This document shows, in pieces, positions 12,091 to 25,747 of a stretch of 64,000 nucleotides of DNA. The stretch lies in assembly GCF_963921235.1 (NCBI RefSeq), contig NC_086108.1, positions 59,708,001 to 59,772,000 of the forward strand, given 5' to 3'. Both the position numbers and the translations under genes were made by a program. The stretch is from Mobula hypostoma (Eukaryota). Position 1 is the first letter of the stretch. Each line of letters starts with the position of its first letter. The notes beneath the pieces were generated by a model. The model was not told where the DNA came from, searched no databases, and worked only from the letters and a program-made list of their open reading frames with translations.

Positions 12091-13068
12091 TGTATCTTAC
12101 GCATTTAATATTTCCATAGTATTTGTGTAATATGGTAAATGTATTGTTTGATTAAGCATTCTTTGTTGTTACATAATTCATTACGGGTTATAACTAAATG
12201 TACACGAATGGCATACAGTATATCATCACACCACCACATCATAAGTGTCTGCCTCCCTGAAGTAAAATTGAAGAATACACGGTTACTGTATCCAGTGTTT
12301 TACTTTTGGTTAGTTTATGGAGTTACGAAACTTAACAGTAACAATGAGTAAGTTTTAAAACAAATCCAAGATGACCACCTACGTGTTGAAGTGCAATGAG
12401 ACATTTGAGTTAAAAAAATGTGCAGCACATTTTCTTCACAAGAGGAGAGAAATAATCTAGTAAAAAAAATGTACAGCGCATAGTTTCTTCAGAAAAGGAA
12501 AGAGAGATGGCTGGGTTAAAAAAGGGGGAAAAAAGACGAAATCCATGGGTTCATAAATGATGAGTACTGGGTGATAATCATAAATATAAAAAACCAGAAA
12601 TGGCTGGTTACATCGGAAAGACAGATACAATCGATTGCACAAGTGATAACCAGATATGGTATATGGAACAAATTGAGCGGTATTTTGAAGCAAATGAAAT
12701 GGTCAATGAAATTGAGTGACAGTTGTGCTGAGTGCATCGGGTGAAAAAGCATAGAAGTTGCTTAGAAGTTTGATTGCTCCGATCAAAGCAGCTGAAATGA
12801 GCTTTGTTAATTTTAGGAAAGAAATGTAGTAACATTAAGAACCAAATCCATTGTTGACTGCAGAACGCTTTAGGTTTCGTAAGCAGAATCAAAAGGAAGG
12901 GGAATCCATTTTAGTGTGCTTTGTCAGTTCAGTGATGGATCTAAAGAGGCACTGAGAGATCATTTACTTTCTGGACTCTTACTAGAAAGCACTCGAAAAT
13001 AGCTCCCAACTGAAGCACAACTCAGTGGAAACAGCAGCTAGAGACTCAGTTGAGTTGCTGTCAGGAAT

Positions 13069-13681
13069 AGTCAGAGTCATAGTCATAGTCATACTTTATT
13101 GATCCTGGGGGAAATTGGTTTTCGTTACAGTTGCACCATAAGTAATTAAATAGTAATAAAACCATAAATAATTAAATAATAATATGTAAATTATGCTAGG
13201 AAATAAGTCTAGGACCAGCCTATTGGCTCAGGGTGTCTGACCCTCCAAGGGAGGAGTTGTAAAGTTTGATGGCCACAGGCAGGAATGACTTCCTATGACG
13301 CTCTGTATTGCACCTCGGTGGAATGAGTCTCTGGGTGAATGTACTCCTGTGCCCGACCAGTACATTATGTAGTGGATGGGAGACATTGTCCAAGATGGCA
13401 TGCAACTTGGACAGCATCCTCTTTTCAGACACCACCATCAGAGAGTCTAGCTCCATCCCCACAACATCACTGGCCTTACGAATGAGTTTGTTGATTCTGT
13501 TGGTGTCTGCTACCCTCAGCCTGCTGCCCCAGCACACAACAGCAAACATGATCGCACTGGCCACCACAGACTCATAGAACATCCTCAGCATCATCCGACA
13601 GATGTTAAAGGACCTCAGTCTCCTCAGGAAATAGAGACGGCTCTGACCCTCCTTGTAGACAGCCTCAGTGTTCTTTGACCA
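13069..13681 (-). mobile_element. 5'-truncated Rex1/Babar LINE with (ATGACT)n tail
   Basis: ORF 13220-13711 WSKNTEAVYKEGQSRLYFLRRLRSF...HPLH...RKSFLPVAIKLYN. Confidence 0.9.
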
Positions 13682-13986
13682 GAATGTAAGTAAGTGTGAG
13701 CAAAACTGCAAAGACTAATCAGCAACTGCCCTGGCCAAATGGATTATGTTATTGTTATGGTGAGAGTTCACATACAGCTGGGCAATATAGGTTTAAAGGT
13801 GAAAGTTACAGAAAATGCAACAAAGTAGGACATATACAAAGAGCAAGTCAGGCAGACAAAAATAAATGGACTGCACAGGGAGGAGAAAGAGATAAAAGTT
13901 AAGTTGCAGTTTCAAAAAGAACATTAATCTGCATACAGTTATGAAAAAAAATGATAACAATGGAAGTGATACAAGACAGGGTAGTC

Positions 13987-16900
13987 TCTGTTTTAAATGG
14001 ACACCACTCTATCCCGAGGCTGTGTCCACTTATTCTAACCTCCCCCACAATGGGAAACATCCCTTCCACAACTACTCTGGCTCAGCCTTTCAACATTCAA
14101 AAGGTTTCAATGAGGTCCTCCCATGTCCTTCTAAATTCTAGCAAGTACTGGCCCAGAGCCATCAAATGTTCCTCGTATGACAACCCGGAATCATCCTTGT
14201 GAACCTCCTCCAAACCCTCTCCAAAGCCAGCACATCTTTTCTTAGATAAGGAGCCCATACCTGTCCACATACAAGAGAAATTCTGCAAATGGTGGAAATC
14301 TGAGCAACACACACAAAATGCTGGAGGAACTCAGCAGGCCAGGCAGCATCTATGGAAAAAGTACAGTCAACATTTCCCCCTGAAATGCTACCTGGCCTGC
14401 TGAGATCCTTCAGCATTTTGTGTGTTTTGTGTGTTTTGCTCAAAACTGTTCACAATTCCAGGTGAGGAGTGCTTTACTAGTGCCTTATAAAGACTCAGCA
14501 TCACATACCTGCTCTTATATTCTTGACCTCTTGAAATGAATGCTAACATTGCATTTGCCTTCCTCACCACTGACTCAACATGCAAGTTGACCTTTAGGGT
14601 GTTCTGCATTCAGGCTAACTGGTCTATAATTTCCTTTCTGCTGCATTACTCCTTTCTTAAAGAATGGAGTGACATTTGCAATTTTCCAGTTCTCTGAAAC
14701 CTTGCCAGAGTCCAATGATTCTTGAAGGATCATTAGTAATCCCTTCACAATCTCTGTCGCTACCTCTTTCAGACCCCTAGGGTGCTGCTCATCTAGTCTG
14801 AGTGACTTATGTACCTTTAGCTATTTCAGTATTTTGAGCACTTTCTCCTTTGTAATAGTAACTGCATTCACTTTTCTTCTTTCATACCCTCAACATCTGG
14901 CACACTGTTAGTGTCTTCCAAAGTGAAGACTGATGCAAAATACTCATTTAGTTCATCTGCCATCTCCTTGACCCCTGTTATTATTTCTCCAGCCTCATTT
15001 TCTAGTGATCCCAGACCCACTCTGATCTCTCTTTTTTTATTTTATATGCTTGAAAAAGGTTTTTCTATCCACCTTGATATTATTTGCTAACTTACTTTCA
15101 TATTTCCTCTTGTCCCTTCTAATGATTCATTTAGTTGCTCTCTAGAGGGTTTTAATATCTTCCCAACCCTCTATCTTTCTCTAATTTTTGCTTTGTTGTA
15201 CGCCCTCTCTCTTGCTTTTACATTAGCTTTGACTTCCCTTGTACTATTTTGCCATTTTAGTATTTTTTTTGTTTTTGCACCGTCCTCATATTTCTGAGAA
15301 ACTCAAGTTATGTCCCTGCCTATGTCCCTTTCCAATTTACTTTGGCCAAACTCCTCTCTCATACCACTGTAATTTCATTTACTCCACTGAAATACTGCTA
15401 TGTCAAACTTTACTTTCTCCCTCTCAAATTTCATGCTGAACTCAATCATATAGTGATCACTGCCTCCATAGAGTTCCTTTACCTTCAGCTCCCTTCTCGC
15501 CTCCAGTTCATTACGTAACACCCAATTTATAGTTGATTCCCTAATAGGCTCAACGACAAACTGCTCTAAAAAGCCATCTCATAGGTATTCATTAAATTCA
15601 CTCTCTTGACGTCCATTATGAACTTGATTTTCCCAATCGACCTGCATGTCAAAATCTCACATGATTATCATTACTTTGCCCATTTGACACGTCGTTTCTA
15701 TTTCTTGTTGTAATCTATAGTCCTCATCCCAGCTCCTGTTTGGAGGCCTGTTTATAAATGCCATCAGGGTCCTTTTACCCTTGAAGTTTCTTAACTCAAC
15801 CCACAAGGAGTCAACATCTTCTGATCCTATGTCATATTTTCTAATGATCTGATGCAATTCTTTACCAGCAGGGGTATACCACCCCCTTAATCTATCTTCC
15901 TATCCTTCTGATGTAACCTTGGACATTCAGCTTTCAACTACAATCATCCTTTAGCCATGATTCAGTGATGACCACAACATCATAGCTGACAATCTGTAAA
16001 AGCGTAAAAAGATCATCCACCTTATTTCTTATACTCTGTGTATTGAGATATAACACTTTGAGTACTGTATTTGCTATCCTTTTTGATTCTTCATCCTTAA
16101 TGTACTGATACTCATTCTGCTGGTGTAATTATGTCCTATCATCTGCCTGCCCTTCCTGACAGTCTGACTGCTTCCTATATCGAGTCCCTTCACTTTGGTT
16201 CCCACCCCCCATCAAATTAGTTTAAACCTTCCCCAAAAGTTCTAACAAACCTCTCCATGAGAATATTGGTTACTCTTGGGTTCAGGTGCAACCTGTCACT
16301 TTTGAACAGGTCATACCTCCCCCAGAAGAGATCCCAGTGATTCAAGAACCTGAAGCCTTTCCCCCTGCTCCAGCCTCTCAGGCACGGCATTACTTTGCCA
16401 AATCATCCTGTTTCTACCCTCACAAGTGTGTGGCACAGGCAGCAATCCAGAAATTACTACCCGGGAAATCCTGCTTCTAAGCTTTCTACCCAGCTCCCTA
16501 AATTCTCCTTTCAGGACCTCTTCAGTTTTCCTTCCTATGTTATTGGCACCAATATGTACCAAGACATACGGCTGCTCTCCCTCCCTCTACAAAATGTTGT
16601 GGACGTGATCCGAGAGATCCCTGACCCCGGCACCTGGGAGGCAACATACCATCCGGGTGTCCTGTTCACATCCACAGAATCTCCTGTCTATTCCCCTGAC
16701 TGTTGTGTCCCCTATCACTACTGCTCCCCTCTTCTCCCTCTTTCCCTTCTGCACCATGGGCCTATGTTCAATGCCAGTAACCTGGTCTTCATGGCATTCC
16801 CCTTCGAGGTCAATCCCCACAACAGTATCCAAAGCAATATATTTATTTTTGAGGGGAATGGTCATAGGGGTGCTCTGTGCTATCTGCCTATTCACATTTC

Positions 16901-17081
16901 TATTTCTCCTGACAGTCACCCAGCTACTTGCCTCCTGCAACTTCATGGTCACTACTTCCCCGTAACTCTGATCGATTATCTCCTCACCCTCCCGTACAAG
17001 CCGAAGGTCATCCAGCTGCTGCTCCAGATCCCTAACATGGTCTTCAGGAGCTGCAGCCAGATGCACTTCATGCAGATGTAG
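13987..17081 (-). mobile_element. Decayed CR1 LINE (RT, endonuclease and ORF1 with esterase)
   Basis: ORFs 14388-14609, 15657-15857 (VDSLWVELRN...RPPN), 16311-16562 (VHIGANNIGR...SRVVISGLLP) and 16587-17099 (AVVIGDTTVRG...VCCLPGA). Confidence 0.9.
14270..14437. mobile_element. Penelope-like inverted (palindromic) pseudo-LTR fragment
   Basis: ACACACAAAATGCTGGAGGAACTCAGCAGGCCAGGCAGCAT followed by its near reverse complement ATGCTACCTGGCCTGCTGAGATCCTTCAGCATTTTGTGTGT. Confidence 0.75.
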
Positions 17082-19561
17082 GACAAATAGCTGAGACAAA
17101 TTGAGGGATCTTCAAACAAGGAGGTTCGATGTTTCACTCCTGGATGAGTAGTCCTGGCAAATGACTACAAGACCGGGTACTTGTAAATATTAAAGATAGA
17201 GCTGGACCACTCTGCTACACAGTGGAGGTAGCATCTGGAGACAGCAGATCAATCAGCTGAGGAGAATAGAGTCAATATTTAGAAAAGAAAGGTGTCCAGA
17301 GCTGTCAGAAACACTTGCTGCAGTCACAGAGTCAACTCCTATAACCAGCACGGAGAATGCACCAGAACCTGAGATAGTTTCACCATCACAAGTCTCACCT
17401 GCAAGCAGAATGACTTCTTGTCAGCAAAGACGTTAATCCGCATGAATAAATAATCCTCCACAGTGATTAAATCTTTAGACCTGAATGGGACAAATCTGAA
17501 ATTACTATGGTGTGGATGTCTATTAAATAGCTGAATTATATGGCATATTATGTAGTATACTGTGAATGCATACATATAAATAATTAGAGAGCCATTTGTT
17601 ACATATTTGGGTTGAGATGCATTCTCTGTTGGGTTAGAGTTTATAGTTAAGCAGAGAGGAGTGTTGTGTATTTAATATTTCAGTAATATTTGAGAAATAT
17701 TGTTAATATATTGTTTGAGAATTCTTTGTTGTTTAGATAATTCGTTACAGGTTATATGTAAAAGTACATGAATGGCATACGTCATCACACCACCATATCA
17801 TAAATGTGCACCTCAATAAAGTAATAATAAAGAGAACATGTTTATCCCATGTTTTTCTTTTGGTTAGTTTATGGCATTACAAAACATAATGTACCTGTCA
17901 TCTTTTTGGACGGCAAAGATTAATATTTTCACATTTGCTGACAAGGCGTTCCATTTATTGTCATTCTGGCTGTTTTTTTTCTCTACTTTCTTCAATGCTT
18001 ACGTATTGTTTTTAGAGTATAACACTGAAAATTCTATGTAGTACCTCACCCAGTTTAACATTCTTATTTCTTCATTCATTTTCCTGAATGCCATCACCAC
18101 TCCCAAGTATCTACAACAACTTCTTTTCTGGCTTCTTGTATGCCACTAAGGTTTTACAGTCTACTATTGATTGCCATGCCTTCTGTTACTGAAATTTTCT
18201 CACTGGACCTCTCTTACTCTTCACCCTTCTCTCCTTTAACCGGTAAAACCAGCCCTTTTGATCAAGCTTTTGATCCCTCTCCTAATATTCCTTTCTTTGA
18301 ATTGCTATCTTTCTTCCAAATTATGCTCGTCTGTGTATAATTATTAAATGGTGCCTCGAGTTGCTTTGATAAATCGAAGTGTATCAATGTATTCTACAAC
18401 CTTGAGATAACTTCAGTAAACTTAAGAGTTCATTCTTCTGGCAATATTTCACATTGCTTACTTGGATTTTCAAATTGCCTTGTCACAATGCCTGTAGACT
18501 AACAGCAACAAGCCCATTTCTTTCTAAGTCACCTTTTGCTGATAATATATTCTATTCCTTTTATGATTTATGTTGAATATTATTTTTTTCCTTTTTTTAT
18601 TGTTCGAATTTCACTCACCATCTGTCTGCACAAATGATCCAAATATTTGGTTATACCTTCCATTTCTAATGATCTTCTGATTTAATTTTCATCAAAAATC
18701 TGACAGTGCTATAGTTAGTCTTAGAGCTAAAGTCAGTTATATTTTCAGATATGATTTCTAAAAATACCAACAGTTACTTATATAAAAACTGCAGTGAAAT
18801 TTAAAGTACACAATTGTCATCAAATCAAATTATGCCAATAATTCCTTGATAAATTTTCAATTATACAGCACAGTAGAGATTTCTCGGTCATTTTTATTAA
18901 TAGATTCTAAATGCTCTTTACAAACCTGCTCTCAGAATTTGTTGACTGAATGCCAGTGAATCTAGCATCTGTTGCTACAGCAATGCGGAAAGCAGCATCA
19001 ATCAGAAGAAAAAAACAAGCACTTTTCCTAACCTTTTTACCATTTTGAAGGTACATTGAAACAACATTGTTTTCTGAATGGATCTATGCAGTATCCTCCC
19101 ATTAATTATAGTCAATATGTGAGCCTTAGACAAAGAATTTCAGTTCTTCCAATGGAAGGCCTTACAAATTTTGCCAGATATTCTCCTAGACTGCATTCTA
19201 CAATGAGTCTGCCCTTTCCTCTTTAGCAGGGTCTCAGGTGATTTGCCCTTTGTCACTCCCTTCATTCAATCCTGAAAGATGAAAAATATGAAGACCTTGA
19301 GCAACAAACAGTCTCTTGGCAGAACTCAGAATCCTCCAGAATATTATTTACTAATCCAGGTTCTAGAGCCTTGAGAGGACAGGGGTTTATTTCAGCATCA
19401 TGTGTGGTGCTGCATTTAATAACACTGGAAATGCAGGGGATAATTTCAGTGGAAAAGCAATTGCTCTTTGAGTAACTTAGATAAAAGGTAGCTGTGCCTG
19501 TTATCTTGGCTTTTATGCATACGATTGTAGCAATCAAATGGATGAATTAGTTTGCCAGTTA

Positions 19562-19760
19562 CAGTACTGTGCAAACATTTTTTTAGGACTGTTGGGAATG
19601 GTGAGGATGAAGTTCTGTAGGAGGAGTGTGGGACAGGTGGCAGGAGAGGAGTGCCAGCGGTGACAGGTGCAGACACACCCAGCCCTGAAACACCAGGCAA
19701 GCTCATTTGATTCCAAACAATAGTTTTTTTGATCATTACAGTATGTCTCTCTGGTGCTTC
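19562..19760 (+). repeat. Dispersed repeat, probably a non-autonomous Tc1-related family (second copy at about 48300-48890)
   Basis: CAGTACTGTGCAAA TIR-like motif; ACAGGTGCAG.CACACCCAGCCC...ATTCCAAACA...GATCATTACAGTATGTCTC is shared with 48635-48720. Confidence 0.55.
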
Positions 19761-21245
19761 TGAAACCTGGGAATTATTTCCTTTAAATTTCTGTTTTCAT
19801 ATTCAATACAAGTTTACTTCTTTTGAAGTTAGGCTGACGAAAATGTTTCTAAATGTAGTTTAATCAATGAAATATGCAGAGTTGAAATGCTATGTTCTGA
19901 CTTGTTATTAACTGTCTTAAAAAAAAATCCCAGTACTTGATTAGCACATGTTGATAACCGTCCCTACACTAAAGCCAAAATCATCATTGCCTGTGTTTGA
20001 GCGCTGTATAAGATTACACCTTTCATAATGAATATGCAACATTGTATCACTTCTACATGTACTGCATTCGTAATAACCATATCTAGTATTACAGTATCCA
20101 TCAATATATAACCCCTACCGTGATGATAAAGATTAATAACTACTCCACAATGAGACATTTGCAATAAACTATAAGCTAAGGAATGACATACTCATTTTGA
20201 ACATTGAAGAAAATCCCATTTTCCTATTTGATTGTAGGTACCCAGTATGGTGCCCATGAGTGAAGTTTAGAGCCACTGTAGGAATATCATAGATTATTAA
20301 TGCATCATTAAAGCCTGTAATAGATGCATGCGTTTCTTGCCTTAAGATTTTATTTTTATAAAAATTCTATGCGGTATTGAAACAAATCAATCACATAGAG
20401 AAAAAAAAATAAATTTATAAACTATTTATTGTGGGGAACTGCATGTAGAAACATTTTTCCAATGAGGCTCTGATATCTGTGACACATTCCCTTTCAATTC
20501 TAAAATAGTTTTCAGCCATATAGTATCCTGAAATGCTATAAAGTATCATCATTCAAACAGAATATTTAATGTCAATGACATAGACATAAAAAGTTAAGCT
20601 CTGTGAATCCAAACATTCTTTAGTCTTCTTAGACAAGAATTTGTTATAAAATTTGAATACTTGCTATGTTAAAGGTTAAAAATATAAATGCCAAGTATTG
20701 CAAAACATGAAGATATTCAGTTGCCCTCTAAAAAAAGTGTATCTCACTTTCCTAAGTCATAAATACATATTCATACGGATATCATCTTTGTAGTGGTTGT
20801 GTCAATATCTTAAAAAAGCTGATACAACACCCACAAAGATAACATCCAATTGAAAATGAAATATCCCATGGCCTTTTAACTTTGCCCTGTAGCTATGCCA
20901 AATACCCTTCCACTTGTATCAAAGAAATGTAGTATACGGAGACCAGAAATACGAAAGCTCCTTATCAAAATGCACAATTTTGCAGATATTTCGAGAGGAC
21001 TTAGGATACATTCCATTGTTTTCTAATGGAATAAAAAAACTGATTGTTTGATTCAAAACACTTCCTTCTGAACTAATGTATGTATAACTTAATTTAAAAG
21101 AGGCCTTAAATTTGCAAGTGGAATTTCAATATAGATCACCCAGGGGAAAACTTACCTCAATAGTTACCCTGCCACTTCAATTCTCTATCCATGTCATTGA
21201 GATATTTTACCACCTCCAAACATGGCATTCAAAGTTCAAAGTAAG

Positions 21246-22038
21246 TGAAACCCACTTTTACTGGGTGTCTCTGGAAATGCGGCTCATTAGCCCCTCACTA
21301 ACAGCCACTGGACTCTGCGATGAGAAACCCACCTTTCTCAGGCTTCATATGTCTAGGGTGTATATGGTTTTGGTCCCATCAAATCCATGAAGCTGGGATG
21401 TCTCATCCACTCAAACCCCGGTTTGTGTGAACGCTATATGATTTACTGCACCCGGCAATCGCCCGTTGGCAAGAAATAACAGACAGAACACTACATACAA
21501 TTAATAAGACGTATTTTTAGGAATGTTAACTTTGGCAAACAGTAATCAAAGGAAGGAAAGGAAAAACAAAAAGGGCCCATTATACTTAAACAGATGCATG
21601 TGCACAGTGGAGCTCAAATCTTGAGCTGTAACTCACGTGCTGGACCCTTGGTCTGCGTGAAAGCACACACCACCTTCTGAGTATTGCTCGAAATCTATCA
21701 TGAACAAACGGGTCTCCCACAGGAGTATTGGTCCTTCCTCCTCGGAGTCATTCATCTGCACAAAGCACCTTGTGCATCAGGGACAGCATCCTCCAATATC
21801 TTCCCTCCTGTCTTCTCCCAGCTCCCACCAACAAAGACCTCTCTCCCCAGCATTTTCTAGAACCTTCTCCCAATTCCACCATCCTGTTTGGCTGGCACCA
21901 TATCCCTAAGGTGAACAACAAAGCCTCCTATCTCAGATCAAACCCAAACACAATGAAAGCAGAACAGACTGCTCTTACAAAACTGATAAATGAAATATCT
22001 TACAGCATAGCAGTAAAAATCCTAACCAGGGCTTTACA
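21246..22038 (-). mobile_element. Solo LTR related to the 3156-8591 Gypsy family
   Basis: TG...CA ends and TSD TAAG (21242-21245, 22039-22042). Minus strand starts TGTAAAGCCCTGG...TTTACTGCTATGCTG like the 3156 LTR. Flanks rejoin into the LINE tail also seen at 54506-54590. Confidence 0.85.
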
Positions 22039-22759
22039 TAAGTTTATTATACGTCATCATATACCACCCTGAGATTCATTTTCTTGCAGGCATTCAGTCA
22101 ACTTGATCATGATTACCTTGCTTTTCTGTATTAATCCCATGCTTTCTTTGTCTCAGTCTTAAATTCCCAATTTCTTATTTAAAGATTGTGATTCCGGTTT
22201 TCAATGCTCCAGGAAGGCAGAATATCAGGAAAACAAAATCCCTGTCAGGTCAGAATTCTATTTATTTCATTGCAATCAATGAAAGTACCTTATCGTTCCC
22301 TAATCAATGAATTTAGTGAAATAATCATACTGTTATGCAAAGTATATTCAATGCCCTCGTTCTAGTTGTCTCTTCGTAAAGGGAGACTGCAGACATCAAG
22401 AAATTTTATTAGAACTGCTTCAGAACACACAATATGCTGCTCAAACACCTTCTAAATTTCACTGATTGTGTTTAAACTATCACACAGTTCTTGTTTTCTG
22501 CATTGTTGAGATGCTCATTCCACAGGTACTCCAAGAGCAACCATCCCAGCTGTGGCATTTGAGAGTCTCCGGCATATCCAGCAGCTGCCGCACCATTGTT
22601 ACTTATATTGACACAATAATTCAGGTTTCCACTAATTGAGTATCCAGCTCAACAGTGCTTTTGTGTTCTGAAACACTTATGAAAGAAAGCAATCAAACAA
22701 TACAAACACTGAAAAAGGGCATAAGACCATAACATATAGAGGTAAAATTATGCCATTTG

Positions 22760-23640
22760 GCCCATCCATTTGACTCCAATATCTTCTCAACCACTGAGGT
22801 TAGACAAACTGGCCTATAGCTTCCTTTCTTCAGCCTCTCTCCCTTCTTGAAGAGTGGAATGACATTTATAATTTTCCAGTCTTCCAGAATCATTCCAGAA
22901 TCTAGTGATTCCTAAAACTTCATTAGTAATGCCGCCATGTTCTCTTCAGTCACTTCTTTTAGAACTTTGGGATGTACACCATCTAGTCCAGGTGATTTAT
23001 CTACCTTCAGACCTTTCCATTTCCCAAGAACCTGCTCTCTAGTTATGGTAACTTCATACGCTTCATCCCCCCAACATGTGGAAATTTCACCACACTGCCA
23101 GTGTCTTCCACAGTGAAGACCGAAGCAAAATACTTGTTCAGTTTGTCTGCTATTTTGTTGTCCCCCATCAGTACCACTCCAGCATTGTTTTCCAGTGGTC
23201 CAATATTCACTCTTGCCTCTCTTTTACACTTTATGTATCTAAAGAAACTTTTGGTATCTTCTTTAATATTATTGGCTAGCTTACTTTCATATTCCATCTT
23301 TACCTTCTTAACGATGTTTTTGTGGTCTTCTGTTCATTTTTAAGAGCTTCCCAATCCTCTCACTTCCCACTAATTTTCGCTCTATTATATGCCCTCTTTT
23401 ATGTTGACTTTGACTTCTCTTGTTTGCCATGGTTACGTCATCTTTCCTTTAGAATACTTTTTCCTCTTTGGGATATATTCTGTGCCTTCCGAATTGCTTC
23501 CCGGAATTCCAGCCTTTGCTGTTATGCGTCATCCCTGCCAGTGTTGTTTTCCAATCAATTCTGCCCAGCTCCTCTCTGATGCCCCTGTAATTCCCTTTAC
23601 TCCACTGTAATACTGATACAACTGACTTTAGCTTCTATTT
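22760..23640 (-). mobile_element. CR1 ORF2 fragment
   Basis: EDWKIINVIPLFKKG...YRPVCLTSVV and YESKLANNIKEDTKSFFRY...LNKYFASVFT. Confidence 0.85.
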
Positions 23641-23753
23641 TACAGGATTACCCACTCAGTGACTCCCACTTCACACTGGATGGATCAGCTTCACACTGAT
23701 GCCTGGGTCCATGAAGAAGCAGTGGAATGGCTGTGTATCCAGAGAGCGGTGCC

Positions 23754-24346
23754 TGTCACGGCTCAGCTCTGCCCTCTACCCGGTCAGAAGGCACACCACA
23801 TGCCAGTCAACATTTCACCCCTCCCAACTAATCAATGCACACTTAACATGGCCATCTTAATTGGATTAACCCGTCTAGCAGCAAGCCACTGAACCCCGGT
23901 GAATCACCTGGGCTGGACCCTCCAGCCCCCTGACCTATAAAGGGTGCTACACGTGCTTGGCTCGCTCTCTTTTTTGTTATCTCCGAGGGACCACCCTGCT
24001 GTTGGTGAGTTGTGCATTGAATAGGGTTTTGGGAGCATTTATTGTTGTCCCTGTAGCAGGGAGTCGTGCCTGCCCATAGTCAAGGGGTGGCAGGTACCGT
24101 AGTTACTTTTCCCTTGCTTGTATATGTACCTGTACTCTGTCTCCACACCATTTTCCCATGTATTGTACTGCTGACCCGACTTTTCCCATGCTCATCTATT
24201 CTAAGCGCATTTGTGCAAATATTGTAGCCGCTTGTGTTGTCCCCAAGCTCTTCTCCCCTTGTAAATAAACTCCTTATTGTTAAAACTGTGCGTCCAGAAT
24301 CCTTGCCTTTGAGACCCAAAGAATCTGTCTCATTTCCATCACAACA
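23754..24346 (+). mobile_element. Probable solo LTR, family unknown
   Basis: TGTCACGG start, TATAAA near 23936, AATAAA near 24264, ends CATCACAACA. No TSD found. Confidence 0.5.
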
Positions 24347-25044
24347 GGTTGGTAATGGGGTGCAGGGTGAATGCGTTTCCTGGAAGGTTATGGTTTGAGC
24401 TGATCTAGTGCACTTAGGAAGGAGGAGGGGGACATCAGTACTCTCAAGCAACATACTGTATCTCATATTCACTCAGGCATAATGGTGCAACAATCTGCTA
24501 GTACTCAGCTCTCACCACTGGAATATCACCTCCTAGAGCAAGAACTGAGCCAGCTGTAAAACCCCAAGTTAGCTCTGTCTCGTCCTAGCAGTATAGGCTT
24601 CTCAGTCACCTCTCTCCACACAATTTGAGCAGGATTCTGCTGTCAGTGAAGAGGGCTGTCAGTAGTTGGAGGTAAGGGGGTGGAAACACAGGAGGCACCA
24701 TAATTCTGCTCCTGCGGTAGGAAGAAGGGTCTTCATGCACCTCATTTCTGCTTTTGGAGGAGAGAGATCTGCTCGCATTATTACATCGTGGTGACCCACT
24801 ATCTACACAAGCGAACCGGCTCACAAGATAGCCCGCACGTGGGGAGAGGCTTTTGTAATGCACCTCTGACATCATTTCTGCCTGGAGAGGGCTGGAAGGG
24901 AACCGCTTAAAAGCCAGTGCTGTGAAGTTTGAATAAACGAGTCTCGAGTACGACTTACGGACTGGGTGTTGTTATTTCTAGCTCTGTGTGTAGCACATCG
25001 CTATATTGGTGACCTCAATGGTCCAAACGGGATTTGGACCAAAG

Positions 25045-25730
25045 ATGATCGACTCTTCATTTGTTCATGCAGTTTCGCTAAATCTGCCAACTTTCTGGAC
25101 GCTGCGACCACGCGTGTGGTTTGACCAAGTAGAAGCCCAGTTCTAGATTCGGCAGATATCTTCGGATTCCACATGTTACTATTACGTGGTGAGCTCCCTT
25201 GACCAGGAGACAGCCGCACGGGTTGGATATTTCATACAGTCACCCCCCGAAGATGCAAATATGCAGCATTCAAAGCGCTGCTCTTAGAGACCTTTGGCCT
25301 TTCACGGCATGAGCGAGGTGCCCGCTTGCTGCACCTGGACGGTTTGGGAGACAGGCCGCTGTCAGCATTAATGAATGAGATGCTGGTCCTGACTGAAGGA
25401 CACAAGGCCTGCCTCATGTTTGAGCAGGCATTCCTAGAACAACTGCCCGAGGACATACATCTGCTGCTGGCCAACGCAGATTTCAGTGACCCCGGAAGGT
25501 GGCAGCCCGGGCAGACGTGTTGTGGAAAGCCAAGAGGGAGAGTGGGGCGTCCATCGGACAGATTACCAAGCCACGCGTCCAACAGCAGGCCAGACCAGGC
25601 CTGGCAACAGAGCACACACAACCCAGAGGCAGGAGTGAGGAGGCCAATGAACAGTGGTGTTTCTACCACTAGCGGTGGGGCATAGAAGCCCGCTGTTGTC
25701 GCCCGCCCTGCAAGTTCCCGGGAAAACGCC
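25045..25730 (+). pseudogene. gag remnant
   Basis: AVSLNLPTFW...PRVWFDQVEAQF, GLGDRPLSALMNEML, FLEQLP, CFYH*RWGIEARCCRPPC; contains stops and frameshifts. Confidence 0.85.
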
Positions 25731-25747
25731 AGGGCCAGCCACCGCTA

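Larger units (their letters stand above)
12095..17891 (+). mobile_element. Decayed Ty3/Gypsy (K02A2.6-like) element lacking pol core, with nested LINEs
   Basis: Related LTRs about 12095-12337 and 17662-17891, PPT AAGCAGAGAGGAG before the 3' LTR, gag remnant from about 12600 (ERYFEANE; IAERF.F.K.NQKEGESI-like), degenerate knuckle pair 13746-13845, integrase C-terminal remnant 17085-17500. TSD is ambiguous. Confidence 0.8.

Noticed and set aside
16311..17099. SGNH esterase as a captured host or bacterial gene (also 1793-2050 and 61529-62082)
   Set aside because: It is the established ORF1 domain of CR1-clade LINEs, in its expected position.
20760..21022. Possible minus-strand exon after a TTTTTTATTCCATTAG acceptor
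   Set aside because: Two competing short frames, weak donors and no recognisable homology.
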